A DNA stretch of 64,000 bases from a virus (lineage: Duplodnaviria; Caudoviricetes): the IMG/VR virus record IMGVR_UViG_3300048549_001527; one strand, given 5' to 3'. The translations under genes were made by a program, and so were the position numbers. A model generated the notes under the pieces. The model was given only the letters and a program-made list of their open reading frames with translations. It was not told the DNA's origin and searched no databases. Numbering within the stretch: the stretch's first letter is position 1; each line of letters opens with the position of its first letter. Positions 18,472 through 29,281 of the stretch are shown here, one piece after another.

Positions 18472-21126
18472 ATGCCAGATCAAACTCTTGAATGGATTAT
18501 CACTCTTCATAATCATGAGGACCTAGAAGATTTCTACAATGATATGGAAACTCCTGGCGGAAATCTGTTTATTCCAGACAGAGCAGTTGGTGTTGAAAAA
18601 AGAAGATCAATTAGTCGTAACACTCATTATATGTTAACTCCAGCAGAAGCGGCACTTATCAAACAAGACGAACGTGTTTGGGATGTGGATATGGCAGATA
18701 TGATTGTAAATGTTCCAACATATGAGTTTAACGGTGATTTTGATAAAACAACTTCAGGCGATGCAGATCATATCAATTGGGGTATATTAAGACATACGAT
18801 AGAAGATAATTTGTCAAATTGGGGTCTTCCTGGTACATCAGGTTATACACGTGATGTGAATATAACAGCGTCAGGAAAACATGTTGATGTTGTAATATTT
18901 GACGGACATTTTGATCCAGCGCATCCAGAGTTTGCAACAATTGGAACTGAGACAGATTATTCAGATGGTGCACTTGTAAGTGACTCATCTAACGGAGCAG
19001 TATTTGATAGATCAATTACAGTTCGTGGAGTTAAATGTGTTATTGCTGGCGCAGTAGGTGGACAAACTGCAGTACCAGACGCTTGGGCATATAAAACTGC
19101 AAAATTTATTACATTACTTATTAATCCACAAGATCCTTTAATTAATTTAGAACACCAAGCCAATTTAATTAAAACATTAAAAGGTGATTCGGGAACTACA
19201 CATGCAGGCTTACCTACGGCACAAAGAGTTGCTTGGGGTGGTGGTGCTTCATATACACCAAACTTTTTAACAGACGCAGGTGCGGCACAATACGCAGGAT
19301 ACCAAACTTTTTTAGATAATAACGCTATGGACGATATGGTATGGTATAGAAATTCATCAGGAGCAAATCCGCCAACAAGCGATAGAGACATCGAAGAGTT
19401 AGCAGAACACTTGTTCCATACAATTCATAACTTTGGTATTCCAGGTGCAGTTCCTGGAAGTGCTACAGAAGTTCCTATGCAATCTTTAGGACCGATACTC
19501 GAAGGCAATCCTAGTTTTGATTGGCAAAATACAGAATTACATCTTGCAATGAAAGAAGCAATTGACGCCAGCCTATACGATCCATCTGGTTATTCTACAG
19601 ATTGGGCAACAGATGCTGAAGCAGCTACAGTTGCATACAAAGAATATACTTATTTAGTTAATTGGTCAATGTGGGATATGAGTCAATTCTGGGATGGAGA
19701 AAGTCTTGCGCCAGAATGGTCTGATACGTTAAAAACACCAGCAGGTATGTTAGCAAATAACCCGTTGGGTCATGCTATGTTTAAAAAATACTTTGAGCCA
19801 GTTTTAAGTAAACCAGACTTTGATGTTTTAAGAGATATTTTTAGGGATAATGATCTCGGTCCTTCATATTATACACCAGCATCAAACGGTGCTCCAAGAG
19901 TTAATCAATACAATTGGTTTCAAAACGATATCGGTTCAGGAACTGACACTTACGTCTATACTCCATATATTGACGCTGCTTACGCAGATAACAACGGTGA
20001 CGGAATTCCAGATCGTACTGATGATAACAATCATGGTGCTCATGTCGCTGGTACAGTTGCCGGAAATAAACAAGGATGGGCTCGTGACGCAAATATTTAC
20101 AACATCAGTATTTATGGCACAAACCAAAACTTCGGAACAAACGGTTTAAGTTCATCTACTTATTGGGATTATGTACGTGCATGGCACAATGCTAAATCGG
20201 TAAACCCTGCAACTGGTAGAAAAAACCCTACAATCACAAATCATAGTTACGGATCAACCGTAACACTTCAAGCATATACCGCAAGTAGCGGTGCTGTTTA
20301 TACCGCACCTGAAAAAATCAACTATAGAGGAACAGAATATGATAAAGGAAGTGCTTTAGTTGAGTCTGATTATACATCTCGTGGTATATACACAACTGAT
20401 GATACACCAACGGTTCAAGCATATTTTACATCAAGGTTTGCAGATATTCAAGATGCTATAGATGATGGAATTATTGTTGTAGCCGCCGCCGGAAACGATA
20501 GGTGTAAAATTACTAATAGCACTGACCAAGATTATAATAACATAGTGTATTGGCCTTATACGTTTTTTGGATTTGACTACGAGCAAACAGTCTATACTCA
20601 TAGAGGTACTGGTTCTGCAGCTGGTAAAGCAGAAGTAATTGTTGTTGGCGCACTAAGTAACGATACTGATGAAAAGAAAGCTGGTTTTTCAAACACAGGT
20701 TCACAAGTTGATATTTACGCGGCCGGCGAAACAATTCAAAGCTCGCTAAATACAAATCAGTACGCAACCGTCGGGCCATTTACCGACTCAAGAGATAGTA
20801 ATTATGAAGGCGCAAAATATTACGGAACATCTATGGCTAGCCCACAAGTGGCAGGCGTTTTGGCTATCTTGGCTGAAAGTTGGCCGAATATGACTCAAGC
20901 CGAAGCGCAGCAATGGATAATTGATAACGCATCAGACAATAAGATGTATGATAGCGCAGCCGATGACCCAATGGACACAACAAGTTTACAAGGCGGTCCA
21001 AATAAAATACTGAGATGGATTAACCAAAGACCTGAAGAAGGTTTTGCATATCCACAAAGAAATTTTAAACCACGCCCAACCACAGGCGCAGTTTATCCTC
21101 GAGCTAAAATTAGAAAAAGAGGCTAA
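18472..21126 (+). CDS. Subtilisin-like serine protease (S8) with a large nested insertion
   Basis: Catalytic motifs VDVVIFDG (Asp ~18901), HGAHVAG (His 20032), AAGND and GTSMASPQVAG (Ser 20830). N-terminal propeptide-like region. About 316 extra aa lie between the Asp and His motifs. Confidence 0.92.
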   Translation: MPDQTLEWIITLHNHEDLEDFYNDMETPGGNLFIPDRAVGVEKRRSISRNTHYMLTPAEAALIKQDERVWDVDMADMIVNVPTYEFNGDFDKTTSGDADHINWGILRHTIEDNLSNWGLPGTSGYTRDVNITASGKHVDVVIFDGHFDPAHPEFATIGTETDYSDGALVSDSSNGAVFDRSITVRGVKCVIAGAVGGQTAVPDAWAYKTAKFITLLINPQDPLINLEHQANLIKTLKGDSGTTHAGLPTAQRVAWGGGASYTPNFLTDAGAAQYAGYQTFLDNNAMDDMVWYRNSSGANPPTSDRDIEELAEHLFHTIHNFGIPGAVPGSATEVPMQSLGPILEGNPSFDWQNTELHLAMKEAIDASLYDPSGYSTDWATDAEAATVAYKEYTYLVNWSMWDMSQFWDGESLAPEWSDTLKTPAGMLANNPLGHAMFKKYFEPVLSKPDFDVLRDIFRDNDLGPSYYTPASNGAPRVNQYNWFQNDIGSGTDTYVYTPYIDAAYADNNGDGIPDRTDDNNHGAHVAGTVAGNKQGWARDANIYNISIYGTNQNFGTNGLSSSTYWDYVRAWHNAKSVNPATGRKNPTITNHSYGSTVTLQAYTASSGAVYTAPEKINYRGTEYDKGSALVESDYTSRGIYTTDDTPTVQAYFTSRFADIQDAIDDGIIVVAAAGNDRCKITNSTDQDYNNIVYWPYTFFGFDYEQTVYTHRGTGSAAGKAEVIVVGALSNDTDEKKAGFSNTGSQVDIYAAGETIQSSLNTNQYATVGPFTDSRDSNYEGAKYYGTSMASPQVAGVLAILAESWPNMTQAEAQQWIIDNASDNKMYDSAADDPMDTTSLQGGPNKILRWINQRPEEGFAYPQRNFKPRPTTGAVYPRAKIRKRG

Positions 21127-21133
21127 AATTGTA

Positions 21134-21141
21134 TATAAATA
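21134..21141 (+). promoter_or_regulatory. T4-type late promoter upstream of gp8
   Basis: Exact intergenic TATAAATA. Confidence 0.85.
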
Positions 21142-21162
21142 TTAAGAAAGAGTGGAAGTGAC

Positions 21163-22815
21163 ATGACAGAAATTCTAACTACAAAATATAAAACAGATTT
21201 GCTAAGATTATTTTATAATGATTTAGCATCTAATGAATTCTATGTTTTTGTTTCTTCGCTTACAACAGACCCAACTTCACGGGTTTCAGCGGCTAATACT
21301 AAAGTTTCAGAAATACAATTTTTAGATAACGTTTTATTCGGTAAAAAGATTTTAACATCTGATACCAAATTTATGATTAAATATTATCCGTGGCAAGAAG
21401 GCCAAGTGTTTGTTCAATATGACGACGCTACCGATTTAGAAGACCAAAAGTTTTTTGCGGCTGTCGGACCTAATGTTAACGACACTGGCGACTATAGAAT
21501 TTATAAATGTTTAAATAATAACAATGGTAAGAAAGTTACAAGTCCTCCACCCTTTGTTGCATCAGACGCAGATCAAATTTATGAAACCGCGGATGGTTAT
21601 GTTTGGAAGTATATGTTTGCTTTAACTCAATCGGATTTTGAAGCATACAATGCTATTGGCTATATTCCAATCGGCGGTTCTTTTGAGGTAGATCCAGTTG
21701 CGGCTAACCCGTCTAATTTTACAGGGTCTGTAGTTGACCAAATCTTAATTACAAACACAGAAGCCAATCAAGGATATTTTAGTGTTACAGGAATGAATGT
21801 TGCCGAAGCGCCTGATAACGCCGGTTTAATTATTTGCGATGATAATTCTTTGTCTGAAATTGCAAACTATTACGCAGGGATGACCTTGTATGTAACTGAT
21901 GGAAACGGTGAGTCGTATGTTAGAAAAATTACTTCATATAGTTATAATTCCATTGACGAGACTGGCGAATTTACTGTTGTGTTAGACACCGATAATCCAC
22001 GCCTTCCTGGCGCTGCGAAAAACGGAACTGCGGCCGTGTATCCTAGAATTGAAGTTACAGGTGATGGAACAGGAGCAACCGCTATCCCGGTAATAAACAA
22101 TAATGGAACCATTACAAAAATTAGAATGATTAACGCAGGTAGTGATTATACTCGTGCAAGCGCTGAAATTATAGATCCACTATACGATTTTGATCCTGAG
22201 TCAGAAGCGAGCATTGAAGTACGCGCAACCCTTCGACCGATATTATCCCCAAGGGGTGGTCACGGATCAAACCCAGTGGATGAATTTAAATGTAAACACA
22301 TTCTTCTTTACGGTTATGTTACAGAAGCAGATAATAACGCAATTGGTGCAACAGGTAGTTATTCACAACTTGGTATTATTAAAGATCCAGATTTTGATGC
22401 TGTTTTATATCCTACAACCGGCCCTAACATTTTTGACAACAGACTTGCGATTGTTACTAACGATATCGCAAAGGCTGTATCGGCAGGAACAGTATTACAG
22501 CAAATAGATGTCAATAACGAAGTAATATTTAGTGCTACCGTTCACGAACTTGATTACACTGCAAACACAATATATCTTGACGGGTATATGGGACCTTATG
22601 CAAATCAGCCTGGATCTGATATTGCGCTTAGCGAACTTTATCCGCTAACAACTCCAACAGGTCAGACAATTAATATAAATACACCAGTAGCAGATAATAT
22701 AACCGAATCACCGTATAAACAAAGAACCGGAGAAGTGTACTTTATGGAAGATTTATTTCCTCTTACACGTAACAACTCCTCCCGTGAAGAGTACAAACTC
22801 GTGCTAGAATTTTAA
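21163..22815 (+). CDS. gp8: Baseplate wedge subunit gp8
   Basis: YD...D......YR.YKCL.NNNG....P...TADGYVWKYM.....F.....IP and C-terminal GE..F.E...P.TR....REEYKLVLEF. Confidence 0.88.
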   Translation: MTEILTTKYKTDLLRLFYNDLASNEFYVFVSSLTTDPTSRVSAANTKVSEIQFLDNVLFGKKILTSDTKFMIKYYPWQEGQVFVQYDDATDLEDQKFFAAVGPNVNDTGDYRIYKCLNNNNGKKVTSPPPFVASDADQIYETADGYVWKYMFALTQSDFEAYNAIGYIPIGGSFEVDPVAANPSNFTGSVVDQILITNTEANQGYFSVTGMNVAEAPDNAGLIICDDNSLSEIANYYAGMTLYVTDGNGESYVRKITSYSYNSIDETGEFTVVLDTDNPRLPGAAKNGTAAVYPRIEVTGDGTGATAIPVINNNGTITKIRMINAGSDYTRASAEIIDPLYDFDPESEASIEVRATLRPILSPRGGHGSNPVDEFKCKHILLYGYVTEADNNAIGATGSYSQLGIIKDPDFDAVLYPTTGPNIFDNRLAIVTNDIAKAVSAGTVLQQIDVNNEVIFSATVHELDYTANTIYLDGYMGPYANQPGSDIALSELYPLTTPTGQTININTPVADNITESPYKQRTGEVYFMEDLFPLTRNNSSREEYKLVLEF

Positions 22816-22828
22816 GGAATTAAGATAG

Positions 22829-25800
22829 ATGCCTATTAACACAGATTTAAATATATCACCTTATTATGATGACTATGATATAGAAAATCAATTCTATAAG
22901 GTTTTGTTTAAACCGGCGTATGCGGTTCAGGCTCGTGAGCTTACACAATTGCAAACGATATTACAAAACCAAATTGAACAGTTTGGCGATAATATATTTA
23001 AAGAAGGTAGCATCATTAAAGGTTCTACTTTTACAAATCTTAATGATTTAAAATATGTTAAGCTAAATAACAAAACCGGATTTGATCCTGAGTTATATAA
23101 ACCAGTAACAGTTATTGAAGAAATAAGTGGTGTTGATACTGAGGTTGATATTGTTTATTGGGTGGAAGGTTTAATTAACAATCTTAAAGCTAGCATTGTT
23201 TCAGCGCAAATCGGTTATGAAACAAGGCCACCTGATCTTAATACTTTCTGGGTTAACTATTTAAATGCCAATGAATCCGTTTCAAATGTATCTTATAGAA
23301 AATCGTTTCAGGAAGGTGAAGAACTAAACATTATTCAGTATAAATTTGTTGGCGGACAACCACACCCAACAGCTCCTGGACCGACTATCGTTCAAACTTG
23401 CAACGTTACAGATCAAGTAAACGCAACAGGGAATGCTTTTGGTATACAAAGTGCGCCTGGTATTATTTTTCAAAAAGGTCATTTTCTTTTTACAAGTACG
23501 CAAACTTTAATTGTTGAAAAATATTCAAACGCTCCTGACGGTGTTTCAGTTGGATATAAAGTTAAAGAAGAGCTTATTGATTCATTAGGTGATAGTAATC
23601 TTTTTGATAACGCATTAGGATCTAAAAACTATAATGCTCCTGGCGCAGATAGATTAAAGTTAACTCCAATTCTTACAGTACTTTCAACTGCTAACGCTGA
23701 TAGCGATAAAGACTTCTTTACTCTTATACGTTACCAAAATGGTGACGCAGTACTTCTCAGAGACGTATCACAATATAACGTCCTCGGCGAAGAAATGGCT
23801 AAACGCACGTTTGAAGAATCAGGTAATTACGTTGTAGAAAAATTTAATGTTGTTCCTGACCGTAGAGACGGCGATCTTAAGATGCTCGTCAACCCTGGTG
23901 TTGCATATGTTAAAGGTCACCGTGTAGAAAATAAAGGTCAACGAGATTTTACTATTGATCCAATTGCAACAACTGCAACAGTAGAAGCACAACCTATTAA
24001 CCAATCTTATGGTGGATACGTAGATATTGTTGCGTTTGGCGGTACAAATACAAGTATCCCTGATATTGATAACGCAACATATGATTTACAAGATTCTTCT
24101 AATGTTGACATTGGCACAGCGTGGGTTAGAAACATAACTCCTACTAAAATATATCTTTCAGGTATTAACATGGTTACTCCTGGAAAAACGTTTGCCGATG
24201 TAAAATATATTCAAACTGGTAGCGGTAATGGAGACCATATTGAAATTGCCGAAGGATCTACTTTCAAAGATACTGACCGGTATCCAGCAATTTTTAATTC
24301 TGGGGCATATAGTTTAGAATCAACTGATAATATCACTATTGTGAAACGACTAAAAGAATTAAAATCACCTGCAACTACAACATCTATGCAGATTACAATT
24401 CTTAATACTGCCGACGAAAACTTTGTATGTAACAACGACGATGTTCTTATTATTCAAAGTGATGGTACATTGCACACAGTAACAGGTACAGCAGTAAACG
24501 TTAATAATAGCGTTCTTACAATTACTACGTCTACGAATATGACTAACACTTGTTATGTTTATTATAACAAAAGAGTTGTTGCGGCTCCTTATGCAAAAAC
24601 AGTAGCAACGCCATATATTAAAACAACATATAACCCACTATCTTCAACTCAAAAATGGAAAATAGGTTTCCCTGATGTATTTGAAATCATAAGCATTGTT
24701 GACGTAAATGGTAAAGAATGGAAAAACAGCTTTCGTTTAAAAACAAACCAAAAAGATACTCATTATGGTTTGAGTTATTATGAACATGTTACAGGTCGCC
24801 CAAAACCTGCAGCAGGTACATTAACTGTTCAAATAAAAGTATTTGAAGTTAATCCTAATGATGATTATTTCTTTACTATTGATAGTTACCCAATTGATGA
24901 CACGGCAACACCCGCGGCAGGAACAATTCCAACAAATAAAATTCCGGTTTACACGTCAACAAGCGGTAAGCGTTTCAATTTAAGAGAATGTTTTGATTTT
25001 AGGCCATACGTAAATAAAGATGCAGGTGTTGATTATACTGATACTGCCGGCACGGCCGAAACTTTTAGTATCCATACTGAAACTGCTATAGGTTTAAACG
25101 ACCTTACTCTTGGAACTCTTATTACTCCAGCAAATGATAATACCGCTGAAGCAGACATAGATTATTATCTTTCAAGAATGGACCATATTACAGTAGATAC
25201 ATATGGCACATATTCAGTAGTTAAAGGTAGTGAAGAAGAAAATCCACGGCCTGCTAAAATTGAATCAAACCAACTAGTTATTTCAACTGTTGCAATTCCG
25301 GGTTTCCCAGCTTTAACTCCTAGAGAAGCTGCACAGCAAGGAAAAAACCATTATGCAATTACAGCAAAATCGTCTGGCGTTAAAAATTATACTATGAAAG
25401 ATATTCAAAGAATTGATAACAAAATTCAAGCTTTGGAATATGAAGTATTACTCAACAGGTTAGAAACAGAAGTACAAAATCTAAACATCCTTGATGAAAA
25501 TGGATTGACAAGATTTAAAAATGGTTATATAGTTGAACCATTCAAAGATCTTCAACTTGCAAACTTGGAAGATGCTAACTTCAATTCATCAGTGCCATTT
25601 GATAAAGAAATATTAGCGCCAGCTGTGCGTACATTTCCGTTGGATCTTAAATTAAAATCAAATACAAATGCAACTATTTTTCCTGATACTGCAAACCCAG
25701 AAATTGCAACATTGAGCAGAAACTCTCATGTTTCTTTAATATCTCAAACGTTTGCAACAGGATTTAGAAATGCTGTAAGTAACTTTTATAAGTACAGTGG

Positions 25801-28264
25801 TGTTGGAAGATTATCGCCAGATCATGACAGTGTGCACGATACTGTTGCCGATCCAATCAACATTGTTAGTGATCTTACAGCACCGTTTAATAACTTTTTA
25901 GAAAACCTACAAGAGTTCTTACCATTAACTGGTACAGAAGTAACAACATTCCAAAAACAAATTGGTAATGCCGCGCAATGGTTTCCAACTACTGTAACAA
26001 ATACTAAAACATCCACTTTAGTTATGACTGAAGGTTCTACTTCTACCGTTAATGCTGGCGAAATGGTTTCTAATGTTCACTTTGAACCATATATGAGATC
26101 ACGTGATGTTAACGTATATATGTCAGGTCTACGGCCTAGCACAAGGCACTATTTCTTCTTTGATGGAATATCTGTTGATGCGCACGTAATGCCGGGCACA
26201 GAAGTTGATACGGCGAGAGAAGTAGAAAGATTTGGCGTAAAAGGTGCAGAAGTTACAACAGACGCAAATGGAGTACTAAGAGCAGTATTTAATGTGCCTG
26301 CAGAAACATTCTTTGTTGGTGATAGAGAATTAGAAGTTGTTGACGTAAGTCAATATGCAAGTATTAGTTCGGCATCCACATCTTACGGCTCTTTAATGTA
26401 TCACGCATTTAATATCGATATTGAAAAAACAAGCCTAACAGGTACTGTTCGTATTCCTTCGTTTGATATTAACACAACTACAACTGAAAGAAATGGCCCA
26501 AGACGAGCACGGCCGCAGCCAAGAGATAGAGGAAATGATAATGGAGATCCTTTAGCGCAAACATTCTTTATCAAACAAGGAATGGGAAAAGGCTCAGGAT
26601 CAGTATTTGCTTCAAAAGTTGATTTATACTTTAAAAAGAAAAGTACAACAAATGGCGTTAACATTGAATTAAGAGAAGTGGTTAATGGATATCCTTCAGC
26701 GCATATTATACCGTTTTCACAAGTTCACTTAACACCTTCGCAAGTAAGTGCAACTGACGATGCTTCAGCCGCAACGACGATTGACTTTGAAGCGCCAATT
26801 AGACTTGACGTAGAAAAAGAATATGCTATTGTGATTAAACCTGATGCAAACGATCCAAATTATTTAGTATTTACATCAAAGGTTGGAGGAACTGATATTA
26901 CTCCAGGAAATGTTGGGGCCGCGGTAGTTCAAGATTGGGGTGATGGCGTATTGTTTACTTCAACAAATAATCGTGCTTGGAAATCTTATCAAGATGAAGA
27001 TATTAAATTTGCGTTGTACCGTCATGATTTTAATGCTTCAACCGGTTCGGTAACACTTTCTCCTGAAGATCTTGAGTTCTTTAGTATTTCAACTCGTGAC
27101 GGTGATTTCCAAAGTGGTGAACAAGTATATCAAGAGAAGGCATTAACAGGTGCTACTATTGCAACGGTAAGCGGCGTACTTGGAAATAATTTTGTAACAG
27201 GCACTGCGCTTAACGAAACTTACGCAGCTGGGATGTCTGTTATTATTAAAGATAGCACAAACACACTTAGAGATATATTTACAATTGCATCAGTTGACAG
27301 CGCAACGCAAGTTACTTTAAATAAAAAGCTACCTTTTGTTGTTACAAGCGGAACAATGTATCCTTGTGTTAACGGCTCAATCAATTACTTTAATATTTTT
27401 TCAGACGAAGTATTATATTTAAGAAAAAGTACTGCTGACGCAACATTACAATTTGCGGGTGTTGATGTAACATTAAATGCATCACTTAGCGGAATTGAAG
27501 GTCTAGACAGTCGTGCAACAGCGGTCATTGAATCTGTTGATAATATTAACGTTAGTTATATCCAACCAATGATATTAAAATCTAATGATGCAATCACAAC
27601 AACCGCATTGTCAGGCCAGTTTAACGATCCTGCAAATACACTACAAAATTATAGTCTTCCTATGAAGTTTGCAGACAACAACTATTTCAATAAAAAAGGT
27701 AATTTGCTTTATAGTAAATCAAATGATACTCTTAATACAAAACCGTTTGATCTTACAATTAATATGGCAAATAAAGCCAACTCAACATCAACACCTATAA
27801 TTGATTTAGAAACTGCTTCATTAATTGCATATCAATATAAGAGCACAAATGCAGCGGATACGACTTGTAAATATATTTCAAAAACTATAGAATTAAAAGA
27901 AAGCTTAGACGCTGAAGATTTTAACGTAATCTTAACAGGATATAGGCCAAATGGAACAGATATTAAAGTTTACATTAGACCTATTAATGCTCATGATTAT
28001 ACGGACGAATCATCAATTGACTGGATTGAATTAGAATTGTATGAAGGTCTAAATTTATTTTCATCGTCTGCAAACATCGATGATTATAAAGAATTTAGTT
28101 ACAGAGTACCTTCAACTAATTTAGATAGTGGAGTGCTTACGTATTCTACTACGCTTGGCGAATTTTTAGGATTTAGAAAATTTGCTGTTAGGATTGATCT
28201 CTTGTCTGCAAATACATATCAAGTACCGTATGTCGCAGACTATAGAGGGATTGCTCTAACATGA
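22829..28264 (+). CDS. Large virion structural protein, VrlC/DUF4815-like (1811 aa)
   Basis: DLN.SPYYDDY.....FYKVLFKP..AVQARELTQLQTILQNQIE.FG..IFKEGS N-terminus; NAPGADRLK; A.RT.EESG.Y; DPLAQTF motifs. Confidence 0.85.
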   Translation: MPINTDLNISPYYDDYDIENQFYKVLFKPAYAVQARELTQLQTILQNQIEQFGDNIFKEGSIIKGSTFTNLNDLKYVKLNNKTGFDPELYKPVTVIEEISGVDTEVDIVYWVEGLINNLKASIVSAQIGYETRPPDLNTFWVNYLNANESVSNVSYRKSFQEGEELNIIQYKFVGGQPHPTAPGPTIVQTCNVTDQVNATGNAFGIQSAPGIIFQKGHFLFTSTQTLIVEKYSNAPDGVSVGYKVKEELIDSLGDSNLFDNALGSKNYNAPGADRLKLTPILTVLSTANADSDKDFFTLIRYQNGDAVLLRDVSQYNVLGEEMAKRTFEESGNYVVEKFNVVPDRRDGDLKMLVNPGVAYVKGHRVENKGQRDFTIDPIATTATVEAQPINQSYGGYVDIVAFGGTNTSIPDIDNATYDLQDSSNVDIGTAWVRNITPTKIYLSGINMVTPGKTFADVKYIQTGSGNGDHIEIAEGSTFKDTDRYPAIFNSGAYSLESTDNITIVKRLKELKSPATTTSMQITILNTADENFVCNNDDVLIIQSDGTLHTVTGTAVNVNNSVLTITTSTNMTNTCYVYYNKRVVAAPYAKTVATPYIKTTYNPLSSTQKWKIGFPDVFEIISIVDVNGKEWKNSFRLKTNQKDTHYGLSYYEHVTGRPKPAAGTLTVQIKVFEVNPNDDYFFTIDSYPIDDTATPAAGTIPTNKIPVYTSTSGKRFNLRECFDFRPYVNKDAGVDYTDTAGTAETFSIHTETAIGLNDLTLGTLITPANDNTAEADIDYYLSRMDHITVDTYGTYSVVKGSEEENPRPAKIESNQLVISTVAIPGFPALTPREAAQQGKNHYAITAKSSGVKNYTMKDIQRIDNKIQALEYEVLLNRLETEVQNLNILDENGLTRFKNGYIVEPFKDLQLANLEDANFNSSVPFDKEILAPAVRTFPLDLKLKSNTNATIFPDTANPEIATLSRNSHVSLISQTFATGFRNAVSNFYKYSGVGRLSPDHDSVHDTVADPINIVSDLTAPFNNFLENLQEFLPLTGTEVTTFQKQIGNAAQWFPTTVTNTKTSTLVMTEGSTSTVNAGEMVSNVHFEPYMRSRDVNVYMSGLRPSTRHYFFFDGISVDAHVMPGTEVDTAREVERFGVKGAEVTTDANGVLRAVFNVPAETFFVGDRELEVVDVSQYASISSASTSYGSLMYHAFNIDIEKTSLTGTVRIPSFDINTTTTERNGPRRARPQPRDRGNDNGDPLAQTFFIKQGMGKGSGSVFASKVDLYFKKKSTTNGVNIELREVVNGYPSAHIIPFSQVHLTPSQVSATDDASAATTIDFEAPIRLDVEKEYAIVIKPDANDPNYLVFTSKVGGTDITPGNVGAAVVQDWGDGVLFTSTNNRAWKSYQDEDIKFALYRHDFNASTGSVTLSPEDLEFFSISTRDGDFQSGEQVYQEKALTGATIATVSGVLGNNFVTGTALNETYAAGMSVIIKDSTNTLRDIFTIASVDSATQVTLNKKLPFVVTSGTMYPCVNGSINYFNIFSDEVLYLRKSTADATLQFAGVDVTLNASLSGIEGLDSRATAVIESVDNINVSYIQPMILKSNDAITTTALSGQFNDPANTLQNYSLPMKFADNNYFNKKGNLLYSKSNDTLNTKPFDLTINMANKANSTSTPIIDLETASLIAYQYKSTNAADTTCKYISKTIELKESLDAEDFNVILTGYRPNGTDIKVYIRPINAHDYTDESSIDWIELELYEGLNLFSSSANIDDYKEFSYRVPSTNLDSGVLTYSTTLGEFLGFRKFAVRIDLLSANTYQVPYVADYRGIALT

Positions 28265-28443
28265 TGCTACAACGTGATAAACACTCCAATGCAATCATAA
28301 ATACAGATGTAACTGCTCTTAATAAATATAAACAAGAAAGAGCTTTACACAGAAAAGTTGATGCACTATCAAAAGAAGTTGCAGAAATTAAACAAACTCT
28401 TACACGCGTTTGTGAGACGTTAGACAAAACAGAGAATTGGTAA
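28261..28443 (+). CDS. Small coiled-coil hypothetical protein following the VrlC-like gene
   Basis: RD.HSNAIINTD...L..YK..R motif; ATGA overlap with the upstream stop. Confidence 0.75.
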   Translation: MMLQRDKHSNAIINTDVTALNKYKQERALHRKVDALSKEVAEIKQTLTRVCETLDKTENW

Positions 28444-28444
28444 T

Positions 28445-29281
28445 ATGGCAAAACCTGGATTAGTACAAATAAACACCACGCAAACATTTCAAAATTGGTT
28501 TGATAAAACCAACGAAATGGTTGACTTGTTTCAAACATCGGTAGTTACGGCGTCGGCATTAGGTGATACTACTGTAGGGGATGCTGCATTAGCAGGAGAC
28601 TTTACTGCTGCTAACATTATTGCTGATACTCAAATGAAAACAGATAGTTTGGCACCATATTCGGCAGGAGCAGTTATTGGAATTGCAGGCGAAATTAATA
28701 TAGTTTCCCCAACAGAAAAAGTAACCGCTACTCTTACTCATGCGGCCGACGGACCAAGTTTACGATTTACTGATTCTACAATATCGTGGGACATTGGATT
28801 TGAAGATAACAATACTAATAACTTTCTTATTAATACAGGAATAGGAGCGTCAAAGTTTCAGTTAACTCCAACTGGTACTCTTACGGTTCCAAACCTAAAT
28901 GTGACTGAAAGTTTTTCAACAACTGGAGACGTTACTGCGAATAACGTCTTTGCAACGAATGACGTTATAACTAAATACTCCACATCTGATGAAAGATTAA
29001 AAGATAACATAATCAAGATTAAAAATCCATTAGAAAAAATGGATGAAATAAATGGGTATACATTTAACTATAAAGATAGCGGAGAAGTTGCAACCGGAGT
29101 TATTGCACAAGAAATAGAAAAAGTACTACCGGGCGTTGTTTATGACGTTAATTCTGAAAACGGAGAAACATATAAAGCTGTAAGATATGGTAATATTGTT
29201 GGGCTTTTAATCGAAGCGATTAAAGAATTAAAAGCTGAAGTAAAGGATTTAAAAGATGGTAGACTGGTCGACCCTTCCTAA
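28445..29281 (+). CDS. Short fibre/spike protein with a C-terminal peptidase S74 intramolecular chaperone
   Basis: TSDERLKDNI..I.N.LEK...INGYTF.Y...GVIAQEIEKVLP..V...V.YGNIVGLLIEAIKELK. N-terminal TFQNWFDKTNE motif. Confidence 0.85.
   Translation: MAKPGLVQINTTQTFQNWFDKTNEMVDLFQTSVVTASALGDTTVGDAALAGDFTAANIIADTQMKTDSLAPYSAGAVIGIAGEINIVSPTEKVTATLTHAADGPSLRFTDSTISWDIGFEDNNTNNFLINTGIGASKFQLTPTGTLTVPNLNVTESFSTTGDVTANNVFATNDVITKYSTSDERLKDNIIKIKNPLEKMDEINGYTFNYKDSGEVATGVIAQEIEKVLPGVVYDVNSENGETYKAVRYGNIVGLLIEAIKELKAEVKDLKDGRLVDPS

Noticed and set aside
18937-19884. Intein or homing endonuclease as the S8 insertion
   Set aside because: No N-terminal Cys/Ser splicing block, no C-terminal His-Asn followed by Cys/Ser/Thr, and no LAGLIDADG or HNH motif.
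22674-22681. TATAAATA inside the 3' end of gp8 as a promoter for the VrlC-like gene
   Set aside because: Intragenic and ~150 nt from the next start; cannot be distinguished from a chance match without TSS data.
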